32,000 bases of DNA from Desulfobulbus propionicus DSM 2032 (GCF_000186885.1 NC_014972.1:690001-722000); one strand, 5' to 3'; shown: positions 9,335-18,105, counted from the first letter of the stretch. The notes: generated from the letters alone by a model not told the origin. Made by a program: numbers and translations.

Positions 9335-10039
9335 TCAACGCTTCCTCGCACAACACCTTGACTGCATGCAGCGTTCGGCTTTGAGCTGTTCGGCAACCTG
9401 GTCAGCCGCGGGCAGGATGATCAGGCCGGTGGCGGGTTCACCGTGGACACTACAGGGTTGACCGCTGGCAACGTGATGGGCGGCAAGGGCGCAGAGTCCG
9501 GCGTCGACGGTGTCGATACCGGCGGGCCGAGGCAGGATGATCCCAGCTTGTGCCAGCAAATCCGGGCGGTGGTGGCGTTTGTCCTTGGCAGAAACGATAC
9601 GGCCGGCCAAGACACAGGCGATGGCTTGGGGAAAGGTTTCAAAACAGCAGCGGGTTGCGGCAGTCAGGGGCGCGGTCGCGCACAGCGGATGGCTGGGTTC
9701 CAAGGCGCGGTACACGGCCATGCCGTTCAACATCCAGCCGTAGTAGTTTCTGGGGTGGGCAAGGGCCCGCTCGCGGGTGGGCGAGGCGAAACATTGCATG
9801 CCTTGGGCCATCAGCTGCCGCTCGGCCGGGCGGGCGCGGCCGTCATCGCTCCAGCAGCAGGGAGCGTCGATGCCGATCACCCGGGCGCCGATCTCTCGGC
9901 ACCAACAGGCCACGGCCTCTGGATCGGTGGTGCGATATCGCTCCAGATACCGGCCATTGCAGAGAGCCACCCCATGGAAGCCTTTGCGGCTGCCACCGAC
10001 ATCAATGCCGGCAACGATGAGGCGTGGGGATGTTGGCAT
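9335..10039 (-). CDS. DUF429 domain protein (predicted RNase H-like fold)
   Basis: GIDVGGSRKGFHGVAL, VIGIDAPCCWS, NYYGWMLNGMAVYRAL, ETFPQAIAC, DAGLCALAAH pattern typical of DUF429. Confidence 0.75.
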   Translation of the reverse strand: MPTSPRLIVAGIDVGGSRKGFHGVALCNGRYLERYRTTDPEAVACWCREIGARVIGIDAPCCWSDDGRARPAERQLMAQGMQCFASPTRERALAHPRNYYGWMLNGMAVYRALEPSHPLCATAPLTAATRCCFETFPQAIACVLAGRIVSAKDKRHHRPDLLAQAGIILPRPAGIDTVDAGLCALAAHHVASGQPCSVHGEPATGLIILPAADQVAEQLKAERCMQSRCCARKR

Positions 10040-10094
10040 GGGTATGTAGTTCGATAAGGTGTATTTTCAGGTCAAGACAATCGGCTGGTCACTT

Positions 10095-10143
10095 CATGGC
10101 ATGGTCCGCTTCGCCAACGGGATCAGCGGGCCATGGCCGCGAT
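10095..10143. repeat. Degenerate inverted pair of REP-like units downstream of the RAYT gene
   Basis: CATGGCATGGTCCGCTTCGCC (minus-type, degenerate) and GATCAGCGGGCCATGGCCGCGAT (plus-type, degenerate). Confidence 0.5.
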
Positions 10144-10153
10144 AACAATCGCA

Positions 10154-10639
10154 TCAAACCCAAATCGCATTCCAAAACGGGTAATCGCCCATCCTCTGGA
10201 CCAAACCGGCCCGTAGCGGGTTAGCCAGCACATACCGGGCCACCTGCCGCACATCTTCTTCCGCGCGCAGGGCATGATCGTGAAAAGCCTTTTGCCAACA
10301 CGGCCCCTGCTTGCCGAGCAGGCGGTTGACTTGACGCCCGCTGGCCGATTTGAGCCGGTTGACCACTGTGCTCAGGTTGTCTTTTTCGCCCACCTGGAGC
10401 AGGAGGTGGACATGATCGGGCATCAATACCCAGGCAAGCATGCGGGCATCGTTGAGCAGGGCGCTGTTCTCAAAGCACCGGGCGGCAACGCAGGCGGCCC
10501 GGAAATCGAGGAACACCGGCTGCCGTTGCCAGGTGGCCGTGGTCACCAGATACACCTGGTGCGGCAGGGAAACCCGGCCTTTGCGCAGGGATTGGTGGCC
10601 CGGTTTGTTGTGGCGATGGGTCCCGTCGTTATTCTTCAT
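10154..10639 (-). CDS. REP-associated tyrosine transposase (RAYT / TnpA-REP, Y1 HUH superfamily)
   Basis: MLAWVLMPDHVHLLLQ HUH motif, NRLKSASGRQVNR, CWQKAFHDHALR, VARYVLANPLRAGLV; REP-like palindromes on both sides. Confidence 0.9.
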   Translation of the reverse strand: MKNNDGTHRHNKPGHQSLRKGRVSLPHQVYLVTTATWQRQPVFLDFRAACVAARCFENSALLNDARMLAWVLMPDHVHLLLQVGEKDNLSTVVNRLKSASGRQVNRLLGKQGPCWQKAFHDHALRAEEDVRQVARYVLANPLRAGLVQRMGDYPFWNAIWV

Positions 10640-10693
10640 CCCATAGAGACGGTGGATATTGTGGAATTATTGTCACGATCACAACCGGGAGCA

Positions 10694-10716
10694 GCAGGAG
10701 CAGGCCCTGCCCGCGA
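10694..10716 (+). repeat. REP-like unit
   Basis: GCAGGAGCAGGCCCTGCCCGCGA, close to the plus REP GTAGGAGCGGGCCCTGCCCGCGA at 14380. Confidence 0.7.
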
Positions 10717-10874
10717 ATGAAATCGGAATGTTTCTGCCGACCGGATACGCGCAACCGAGTGGCATCTTATTGCTGTGATGATTGATTTTCAATCACCGCG
10801 TGTTGGTTGTAAACGATGGTGCTTGCAAGGCGCTTGATTGTATCGCTACGACATTCGGGCCGATGGGGCTTGAC

Positions 10875-10898
10875 ATCGCGGGCATGGCCCGCTCCTAC
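10875..10898 (-). repeat. REP-like unit, minus orientation
   Basis: ATCGCGGGCATGGCCCGCTCCTAC; reverse complement is GTAGGAGCGGGCCATGCCCGCGAT. Confidence 0.9.
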
Positions 10899-10940
10899 AA
10901 CCCAAAGCCCCAACGCGCGATATGAATCCACAACCCCAAA

Positions 10941-11069
10941 AGCAGGCCATGGCCGCGATCAGGGATTGGCGGTCAGTTGCCGGACTAGGGCGGCCAGGAG
11001 GTTGTGGCCACGGTGCGGGAAGCGACGAGTTGGGTTTCCAGGTCGTCGACCAGGGGCATGAGTTCGTCT
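10941..11069 (-). pseudogene. Degenerate duplicate of a REP unit plus the 3' end of hsdS
   Basis: By eye roughly 85% similar to 11168-11309, including TTGGGTTTCCAGGTCGTCGACCAGGG.CATGAGTTCGTC; similarity stops at 11069. The frame is disrupted relative to the LVDDLETQLAASRTVAHNLLAALVRE tail. Confidence 0.8.
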
Positions 11070-11115
11070 TTCTCGATTATTTTAGACGATATCTGTCTTG
11101 TTTTGCCTATTTTTT

Positions 11116-11182
11116 CGCGGGCATGGCCCGCTCCTACGGGACGCGGCGGCATGCGTGAGTGTAGGAGCGGGCCATGCCCGCG
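11116..11182. repeat. BIME-like inverted REP pair
   Basis: CGCGGGCATGGCCCGCTCCTAC (11116-11137) and GTAGGAGCGGGCCATGCCCGCG (11161-11182) are perfect 22-nt reverse complements with a 23-nt spacer. Confidence 0.92.
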
Positions 11183-11188
11183 ATCAGA

Positions 11189-12754
11189 TCAGGGGTTGGT
11201 GGTGAGTTCCCTGACCAGGGCGGCCAGAAGGTTGTGGGCCACGGTACGGGAGGCGGCGAGTTGGGTTTCCAGGTCGTCGACCAGGGCCATGAGTTCGTCC
11301 ACCTTGGCGACGATACGGCGTTGTTCGGCGAGGGGTGGGAGGGGAATTTCGACAGTTTTCAGTCGTCCAGCACTAAGGCCGATATTACCAGCCGTTGTGG
11401 CACACATCGCTTCAATCGCTTCACGCGTTGGTGCGGCATTCATAGCGTAACAAACGTAACGTGGAGAATGCAAATCGGTATTAATCCGGAACCTGATCAA
11501 CTTGTCTGGGTTGACTTGAATGCGCCTTGATTCACCACGATACAAAGAAAATCGTCCGACAAAGTGGAGATTACCGTTAAATCGGCAAGCAAGCAAATCA
11601 CCAGGTGCAAGTTGGAATTTCTTGACTTCGTTTGCCGGCAAATCGACATGTTTGAAGTCTTCCTCGTTAACGTAGAAATCTTCACGCGAGGTTCCAGCGC
11701 TAATTCGAAGAACCTCAACTGCAGAGGGATCCGCAGTAGGACCTTTGGAAACACCGTTCACTGATGCTTCAGCGAGAATCGATTCGAGTGATCCGAGTAA
11801 GGGTTCTGACTCCTGCGGCACAAGTTTGCCCTGCACGGCGAGGGTGAGGATGGTTTTGCGGAGGTCGGCCGGGGAGACGGTGTAGGACGGGTGGAACAAG
11901 AACTGGAGGTTGTCCGGGGTGGGGGCCTGGGTGAAACGCGCCAGGCTGGCCTTGACCAGGACGGCGTGCTGGGCTTGCCGCTCTTGTTGCTGCGCCTCCA
12001 GTTGATCGCACAAGGCCATCAACTCATCCACCTTGGCCACGATCCGCTTTTGCTCGGCAAGAGGTGGGAGGGGGAATGGAAATCCCACGATTTTTACTTT
12101 GGAAATGTTTGGTTGCGCCCCGCCTTCGCTCGCGGAATGAAAACGTGAACGCTGTGACAACAGAAAAATGAACAGGTAGCGGTTTAGGACCCCATCAAAT
12201 ACGGTGCATCCACATACTGCCTGATTTGTTACAGCCGATTCGGCAAGGATAGCGACTTTTCCAATCGTTGCACCATACATAGCAAGCAAAATGTCCCCAG
12301 GCTCATTACGCCGGAACGAGCAAGTATTTAGGGCTAACTCGGATACCGTTTCCTCAGAACCTGCGAGAGATTGGTTGTCGTTGAGTTCTCCTGATTTTAG
12401 CCACGTTATTCCGCCGTCATATAATTCGGGATTACCACGAGAGGGTGTTGAACCAGACCCCCAATCGCCAATTTCTCCTAATCGGGTCCACGCCCAATGC
12501 TCAGGAATTAAAAAAGGAAGTTCTTCTTCATTAACCGGAAGAATAGCCTGTCTTTTTATGCGGCGATCAGCGACTAACCGTTCCTTTGTTTTCTTGATAC
12601 GTTCGAGCAGCAAGTGAGCGCTTTCATCGACAGGGACTTGATTAACCAATTTCCCCCGAACCGCCAACTCCAGCACCACCTCCCGCATCCGCGCCACCGC
12701 ATCCGGCGCATCGGCGAACAGCTCGAACTTCTCAAAAAAGGTTTCCAGCTTCAT
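11189..12754 (-). CDS. hsdS: Type I restriction-modification system specificity subunit HsdS
   Basis: 521 aa with two target-recognition modules, each followed by AEQKRIVAKVDELMALCDQLEAQ / AEQRRIVAKVDELMALVDDLETQ. Starts with an ATGA overlap to the hsdM stop. Confidence 0.95.
   Translation of the reverse strand: MKLETFFEKFELFADAPDAVARMREVVLELAVRGKLVNQVPVDESAHLLLERIKKTKERLVADRRIKRQAILPVNEEELPFLIPEHWAWTRLGEIGDWGSGSTPSRGNPELYDGGITWLKSGELNDNQSLAGSEETVSELALNTCSFRRNEPGDILLAMYGATIGKVAILAESAVTNQAVCGCTVFDGVLNRYLFIFLLSQRSRFHSASEGGAQPNISKVKIVGFPFPLPPLAEQKRIVAKVDELMALCDQLEAQQQERQAQHAVLVKASLARFTQAPTPDNLQFLFHPSYTVSPADLRKTILTLAVQGKLVPQESEPLLGSLESILAEASVNGVSKGPTADPSAVEVLRISAGTSREDFYVNEEDFKHVDLPANEVKKFQLAPGDLLACRFNGNLHFVGRFSLYRGESRRIQVNPDKLIRFRINTDLHSPRYVCYAMNAAPTREAIEAMCATTAGNIGLSAGRLKTVEIPLPPLAEQRRIVAKVDELMALVDDLETQLAASRTVAHNLLAALVRELTTNP
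11284..11344. repeat. hsdS conserved-region repeat, distal copy
   Basis: GGGCCATGAGTTCGTCCACCTTGGCGACGATACGGC...GAGGGGTGGGAGGGG; matches 12013-12073. Confidence 0.8.
12013..12073. repeat. hsdS conserved-region repeat, central copy
   Basis: AGGCCATCAACTCATCCACCTTGGCCACGATCCGC...AAGAGGTGGGAGGGG; encodes the central coiled-coil/spacer region. Confidence 0.8.
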
Positions 12755-14205
12755 TCCCCTGCCCCACGGGTCGCGGTTAGGGCCTGGTGCAGTTCGGCCT
12801 TTAGCTTCGCTCGGGTCGCGGCGATCTGACTCAGCAGCTTTTCGTACTCGGGCAGCAACTGCTCGACATCGCCGGGGCCGGTGTCGCTGTTGTGCGGGTT
12901 CTTGCTATCGAGGTTGAAACCGCCGGCCCGGATGGTCTCGATGTCCACCCGCCAGGCAAACGCGTTCTCCTCGCGCTTATGCCACCAGGCGCGCTCCGGG
13001 GCGAACTCCTCGATGCGGATCGGCTTGGTTTTGTTGTAGCTTTTGGCGCCGGGCGGATAGGGGTGTTCGTAGTACCAGATTTCGGTGGTGGGCTGGCCCT
13101 TGGTGAAAAAGAGCAGATTGGTGCGGATACCGGTATAGGGGTTGAAGACGCCGTTCGGCAGCCGGACGATGGTGTGGAGGTTGCACTCGGTGAGCAGGGT
13201 TTCCTTGATCCGGGTTTTGACGCCCTCGCCGAAGAGCGTGCCGTCGGGGAGGACCAGGCCGGCGCGGCCGCCGGGTTTGAGCAGCTTCATCAAGAGGACG
13301 AGAAAGAGGTCGGCGGTCTCGCGGGTGCGGAACTCGGCCGGGAAGTTGGCCTCGATGCCGTCCTCCTCCATGCCGCCGAAGGGCGGATTGGTGACAATCA
13401 CATCCACGCGTTCCTGGCGCGTCCAGTCGCGCAGGGGCCGGGCCAGGGTGTTGTCGTGGCGGACACCCGCAGGCACGTCGATGCCGTGGAGCATGAGGTT
13501 GGTCATGCAGAGGATGTGCGGCAGATGCTTCTTTTCGATGCCGGTAAAGCACTCCTGGATGGTGCGTTCGTCCTCCGCGGTTCTGGCCTGACGGCGCAGG
13601 TGCTCGATGGTGCAGACGAGGAAGCCGCCGGTGCCGCAGGCCGGGTCGAGCACGGTTTCGCCCAGGCGGGGATCGACCTGCTCGACAATGAATTGGGTCA
13701 CGGCGCGCGGGGTGTAGAATTCGCCGGCATTGCCCGCGCTCTGGAGATCCTTGAGCAGCTTTTCGTAGATGTCGCCGAAGAGGTGGCGGTCATCCGAGGC
13801 GTTGAAGTCGATACCGTTGATCTTGTTGATCACCTGGCGCATGAGGGTGCCTTTTTTCATGTAGTTGTTGGCATCCTCAAAGGCGGTGCGGACGAGCGCC
13901 GCCACCCGGTCGGCGCCGACGGCGAGGTTCTTGAGCCGGGGGAGCAGGGTGTTGTTGACGAAATCCAGCAGCCCCTCGCCGGTGAGGCCTTCCTCGTCGG
14001 CGGCCCAGTTGCACCAGCGCAGTTCCGGAGCCAGCGGGGAAGAGTAGTCGTCGCGTAACAGTTCGAGTTCCTTTTCGCGATCGTCAAAGATCTTGAGAAA
14101 GAACATCCAGCCGAGTTGTTCGAGCCGCTGGGCGTCGCCGTAGGTGCCGGCGTCCTTGCGCATGATGTTCTGGATGGATTTGACCAGGGTGGAGACGTTG
14201 GACAT
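12751..14205 (-). CDS. hsdM: Type I restriction-modification system DNA methyltransferase subunit HsdM
   Basis: 484 aa; GEFYTPRAVTQFIV, VLDPACGTGGFLV, VIVTNPPFGG. Confidence 0.97.
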   Translation of the reverse strand: MSNVSTLVKSIQNIMRKDAGTYGDAQRLEQLGWMFFLKIFDDREKELELLRDDYSSPLAPELRWCNWAADEEGLTGEGLLDFVNNTLLPRLKNLAVGADRVAALVRTAFEDANNYMKKGTLMRQVINKINGIDFNASDDRHLFGDIYEKLLKDLQSAGNAGEFYTPRAVTQFIVEQVDPRLGETVLDPACGTGGFLVCTIEHLRRQARTAEDERTIQECFTGIEKKHLPHILCMTNLMLHGIDVPAGVRHDNTLARPLRDWTRQERVDVIVTNPPFGGMEEDGIEANFPAEFRTRETADLFLVLLMKLLKPGGRAGLVLPDGTLFGEGVKTRIKETLLTECNLHTIVRLPNGVFNPYTGIRTNLLFFTKGQPTTEIWYYEHPYPPGAKSYNKTKPIRIEEFAPERAWWHKREENAFAWRVDIETIRAGGFNLDSKNPHNSDTGPGDVEQLLPEYEKLLSQIAATRAKLKAELHQALTATRGAGE

Positions 14206-14291
14206 GATTGAACCTAAGAACGGTGGTTGAGGAGAGTGTATCGGGATGTATTGGGGGGTTAAATCGATAGAGCTTCACGTGGCATCTTGTT

Positions 14292-14313
14292 CGCGGGCGT
14301 GGCCCGCTCCTAC
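14292..14313 (-). repeat. REP-like unit between hsdR and hsdM
   Basis: CGCGGGCGTGGCCCGCTCCTAC. Confidence 0.9.
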
Positions 14314-14333
14314 CCGCTGGGGCAGATTCTTAT

Positions 14334-14401
14334 CGCGGGCAGGGCCCGCTCCTACGGGGTGCACCGGCGGCCGGTGGTTGTAGGAGCGGGCCCTGCCCGC
14401 G
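14334..14401. repeat. BIME-like inverted REP pair between hsdR and hsdM
   Basis: CGCGGGCAGGGCCCGCTCCTAC (14334-14355) and GTAGGAGCGGGCCCTGCCCGCG (14380-14401) are perfect 22-nt reverse complements with a 24-nt spacer. Confidence 0.92.
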
Positions 14402-14425
14402 AAATGACGACGACCGTTTTTCTGT

Positions 14426-16786
14426 TCAGGCTTCTTCCAGGTAAAGTTCGGCCTCCAGGTGGTGGAGGGCTTTGATGTAATCGGGTTTCCCGCCAAAGAG
14501 CTTGATGATCTCCATCGGCGTGCCAAAGCTGGAAAGCGGGTCGACCTTGAGGATGTCGAACGACTCGAAACTCCTGAGCCCGGCATCGGCGTACTTGTCG
14601 AGCAGGGCTTCGAGCACGGCGCGGGCCTGTTCGCCGTAGCGGCCGAAGACATCGCGGCCGCGCACCTGGGCCACGCGCTGGCGGCGGGTACGCGGCGGAC
14701 GGTCAAAGGCCACATGGCAGATCAGGTCGAAGGCATCGTAGCCGGGGCCGATCTGTTCGGCCAGTTCGTCAAGGAAGACGCCGCGAGCGGCCAGTTCCTC
14801 GACCACCGCCTGCTTGCGTTCGGCCGCGTTCCAGGCGGTGAGGAATGCGTCGAGGGTGGCGTAGGTTTGGCTCACGGTCCTGCGCGAGTAGTCGCGCAGG
14901 GATTCGGTGATCAGGCGGCCGTCGCCATCGAGATACTGGACCCGTTCGGTGGCGACGCGGACCTCAACATCGTCGACCACGTAGATGGTGGGTTTGCCTG
15001 CGGGCGGGTCGTCCCAGGCACCAGGCGGCTCGCCGGTCGTGGGATGGGGCGGCAGGTTTTCACCTCCGGTGGGCATCTCTTCCGGCGGCAGGGGTGGATC
15101 GTCGGGGCCGGGTTCGTAGATCTGCACCGGTTCGCCGTCGAAAGCGGGATCGGCAAACAGGGCGGTGGCCCGCTTGAAGTCCATGATGGTGAAGTAGAGC
15201 TTGCCGTAGTCCTCGTTGATGCGGGTGCCGCGGCCGATGATCTGCTTGAACTCGGTCATGGAGTTGATCCGTTTGTCGAGCACGATCAAGTGGCAGGTCT
15301 GGGCATCCACCCCGGTGGACATCAGCTGCGAGGTGGTGGCGATGACCGGATAGGTGGATTCCGGGTCGATGAAGTTGTCGAGTTGCGCCTTGCCCTCGTC
15401 GTTGTCGCCGGTGATGCGCATCACGTATTTGGCGTTGGCGGCGGCAAGATCGGGGTTGGCGTTGACCAGGGCCTGGCGCATGCGCTCGGCGTGGCCGATG
15501 TTCTCGCAGAAGACGATGGTTTTGTGGAACCGGTCGGTGGCCTTGAGGAATTCGCTGATCTTGGCCGCCACCAGGGCGGTGCGCCGCTCCAGGATGAGGG
15601 TGCGATCAAAGTCGAGTTCGTTGTACTCGCGATCCTCGATCACCTGGCCGTGCTTGTCGGTCTTGCCGATCTCCGGCCGCCAGCCGTCGAGGTCTTTGTC
15701 GATGCCGATACGGATCACCTTGTAGGGGGCGAGGAAGCCGTCGGCAATGCCCTGGCGCAGCGAGTAGGTGGAGATCGGCTGGCCGAAATAGTCGATGTTG
15801 CTGACCTCGCGGGTTTCCTTGGGGGTGGCGGTGAGGCCGATCTGGGTGGCGGCATGGAAATATTCGAGGATCTTGCGCCAGGCCGCGTCCTCGGCGGCGC
15901 TGCCCCGGTGGCACTCGTCGACCACGACCAGGTCGAAGAACGCGGGCGAGAACTGCTTGTAGATGTTCTGTTCTTCCTCGGTGCCGCTGACCGCCTGGTA
16001 GAGGGCGAGGTAGATTTCAAAGGCCTTGTCGGCGGTGCGGTTGGTGATCTTGGTCATCGCCGCGCCGAACGGTTTGAAATCGTTGTTCTTGGTCTGGTCG
16101 GCGAGGATGTTGCGATCGACCAGGAAGAGGATGCGCTTTTTTGCGCCCGACTTCCACAGCCGCCAGATGATCTGGAAGGCGGTATAGGTCTTGCCGGTGC
16201 CGGTGGCCATGACCAGGAGGATGCGGTTCTCGCCCCGGGCAATGGCGTCGATGGTGCGGTTGATGGCGATCAGCTGGTAGTAGCGCGGCGTCTTGCCGGA
16301 ACCGTCGTCGTAATAGTCCTGGGTGGTGACGGCATTTTGGGCCGCATCGTAGCCCTTGGCGGCGCGGAAGCGGCTCCAGAGTTCGGCGGGGCTGGGGAAC
16401 CGGTCCAGGGGGATTTCCCGCTCGATCTGCAAGGCGCCTCCGGTGCGGTCGTGTTCGAGGAAGGCGTCGCCGTTGGAACTGTAGGCAAAGGGCACATCGA
16501 GGATCTCGGCGTAGTCCAGGGCCTGCTGCATGCCGTCGCCCAGGCTGTGATTGTTGTCCTTGGCCTCGATCACCGCGATGGGGATACCGGGTTTGTAGAA
16601 GAGCAGGTAATCGACCTTCCTGCCATCCCCGCGCTTGACCACCTTGCCGCGCACCGTCACCCGTCCCTTGGTGATGAAATACTCCTCGCGGATCTGGGTC
16701 ATCAGGTGCCACTTGCCGCCTTGGACGAGGGCCGGAGTGATGAATTTGCTGCGGATGTCCGCTTCGCTCAGCGATTTCTTGTTCAT
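14426..16786 (-). CDS. hsdR: Type I restriction enzyme endonuclease/translocase subunit HsdR (EcoEI-like)
   Basis: 786 aa; nuclease motif RKVDYLLFY..IPIAVIEAKD, Walker A MATGTGKTYTAF, VVDECHRG, TATPKE, QIIGRGTRI. Confidence 0.96.
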   Translation of the reverse strand: MNKKSLSEADIRSKFITPALVQGGKWHLMTQIREEYFITKGRVTVRGKVVKRGDGRKVDYLLFYKPGIPIAVIEAKDNNHSLGDGMQQALDYAEILDVPFAYSSNGDAFLEHDRTGGALQIEREIPLDRFPSPAELWSRFRAAKGYDAAQNAVTTQDYYDDGSGKTPRYYQLIAINRTIDAIARGENRILLVMATGTGKTYTAFQIIWRLWKSGAKKRILFLVDRNILADQTKNNDFKPFGAAMTKITNRTADKAFEIYLALYQAVSGTEEEQNIYKQFSPAFFDLVVVDECHRGSAAEDAAWRKILEYFHAATQIGLTATPKETREVSNIDYFGQPISTYSLRQGIADGFLAPYKVIRIGIDKDLDGWRPEIGKTDKHGQVIEDREYNELDFDRTLILERRTALVAAKISEFLKATDRFHKTIVFCENIGHAERMRQALVNANPDLAAANAKYVMRITGDNDEGKAQLDNFIDPESTYPVIATTSQLMSTGVDAQTCHLIVLDKRINSMTEFKQIIGRGTRINEDYGKLYFTIMDFKRATALFADPAFDGEPVQIYEPGPDDPPLPPEEMPTGGENLPPHPTTGEPPGAWDDPPAGKPTIYVVDDVEVRVATERVQYLDGDGRLITESLRDYSRRTVSQTYATLDAFLTAWNAAERKQAVVEELAARGVFLDELAEQIGPGYDAFDLICHVAFDRPPRTRRQRVAQVRGRDVFGRYGEQARAVLEALLDKYADAGLRSFESFDILKVDPLSSFGTPMEIIKLFGGKPDYIKALHHLEAELYLEEA

Positions 16787-17301
16787 GAGCTGCCTTGGGG
16801 ATGGGGTGCGGCAGGCAACTCCGCACCAGGCTAACCTGTCGATTTTTCTGTGTTCCGACCCTATACGGAACGAGGTGGAAAGTCAAAAGATTCGCTGAAT
16901 GGAGGGCGAAATCCACCTCCACCACTCCTTCGGCTCCGGCCGGGCGGTTCCAGCTGGCCGCGCAACCCGCACGGTCCCTCGCCTTGTTCAAGGGAAAAAT
17001 CCCGTGCCGAACCATTCCCGCGCGGTTGTTGCTCCCTGCTCACGGCACGGAGTGCGCGAAAAGGCTTGACAGCCCTGTTGTCATCCACTACCCGTTAAAG
17101 GATTTTTTCATACAGATCGCCGGGCTAGCAGGGTCACTGCAATGGCCGCGTCCGCCACGGGGGCCATGATCCCTCCTGCCTCAGTCATCGTCAGGTTCCG
17201 CAATCGCGGAACGAGTGCGTGCTCGTATCCCCGGATCGGGGTTCAGGTGGTTGTCCGAAATCCTTTGGGCAATCAAACCAGTTCATCATAGGGAGAGCAA
17301 C

Positions 17302-18105
17302 ATGGAATACAAGGAGATTTTGTTTGAGGTAGACGAGGGAATCGCCACGCTGACCCTGAATCGGGCCGACATTCGTAACGCCATCACCCATCCCGACATG
17401 ATCGCCGAGATTAAATCGGCGTGCGACCAGGTGAACTCCCACCTGGACATCCGGGTGCTCATCCTCACCGCGGTCGACCCCGCCTTTTCTTCCGGTGGCA
17501 ACGTCAAGGACATGAAGGAGCGCAAGGGCATGTTTGCCGGCACTCCGGCGGAGATCGTGGAACAGTACCGGAAAAATCTCCAGGAAGTGCTGCTGAGCGT
17601 CTACAACGTGGAGATTCCGACCATCGCGGCCATCAACGGTTCCGCTGTCGGCGCGGGCTGCGGCCTGGCGCTGATGTGCGACATCCGCGTCGCCTCGCGC
17701 AAGGCCACCTTTGGCGAAACCTTCTTGAATGTGGGATTGATTCCCGGCGACGGCAGCGCCTTCACCCTGCCCCGGGTGATCGGCATGGCCAAGGCCAGCG
17801 AACTGATTTTCACCGCCGAGACCATCGACGCCGACGCCGCCCTGGACCTGGGGTTGATCAACCACGTGGTCGACCATGAGGAACTGCTGGCGAAATCCCG
17901 GAACATCGCGGCCAAGATCGCCGGCCGGCCGCCCCAGGCGGTGCGCCTCACCAAGAAGCTGCTCCGCCTTGGCCCCCAGTCCACCCTGGAGCAGAGCATG
18001 CTGCAGGCCGCGGCCTATCAGTCCCTGTGCCACTTCACCGACGACCACATGGAGGCGCTGAACGCCATGTTTGAGAAGCGCAAACCGCTCTTTCAGGGCA
18101 AGTAA
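17302..18105 (+). CDS. Enoyl-CoA hydratase/isomerase family protein
   Basis: GIATLTLNRADIRNAI, AFSSGGNVKDM, AINGSAVGAGCGLALMCDIRVAS, ATFGETFLNVGLIPGDG; GGGAGAG upstream of ATG 17302. Confidence 0.92.
   Translation: MEYKEILFEVDEGIATLTLNRADIRNAITHPDMIAEIKSACDQVNSHLDIRVLILTAVDPAFSSGGNVKDMKERKGMFAGTPAEIVEQYRKNLQEVLLSVYNVEIPTIAAINGSAVGAGCGLALMCDIRVASRKATFGETFLNVGLIPGDGSAFTLPRVIGMAKASELIFTAETIDADAALDLGLINHVVDHEELLAKSRNIAAKIAGRPPQAVRLTKKLLRLGPQSTLEQSMLQAAAYQSLCHFTDDHMEALNAMFEKRKPLFQGK

Noticed and set aside
12892-14058. 388-aa plus-strand ORF antisense to hsdM
   Set aside because: Shadow ORF; HsdM motifs are clear on the other strand.
14459-16834. 791-aa plus-strand ORF antisense to hsdR
   Set aside because: Shadow ORF of the hsdR reading frame; composition (Val/Gly/Ala/Asp repeats) is typical of antisense translation.
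16795-17169. 124-aa plus-strand ORF upstream of the enoyl-CoA hydratase
   Set aside because: Pro/Arg-rich composition, no clear ribosome-binding site and no recognisable family.
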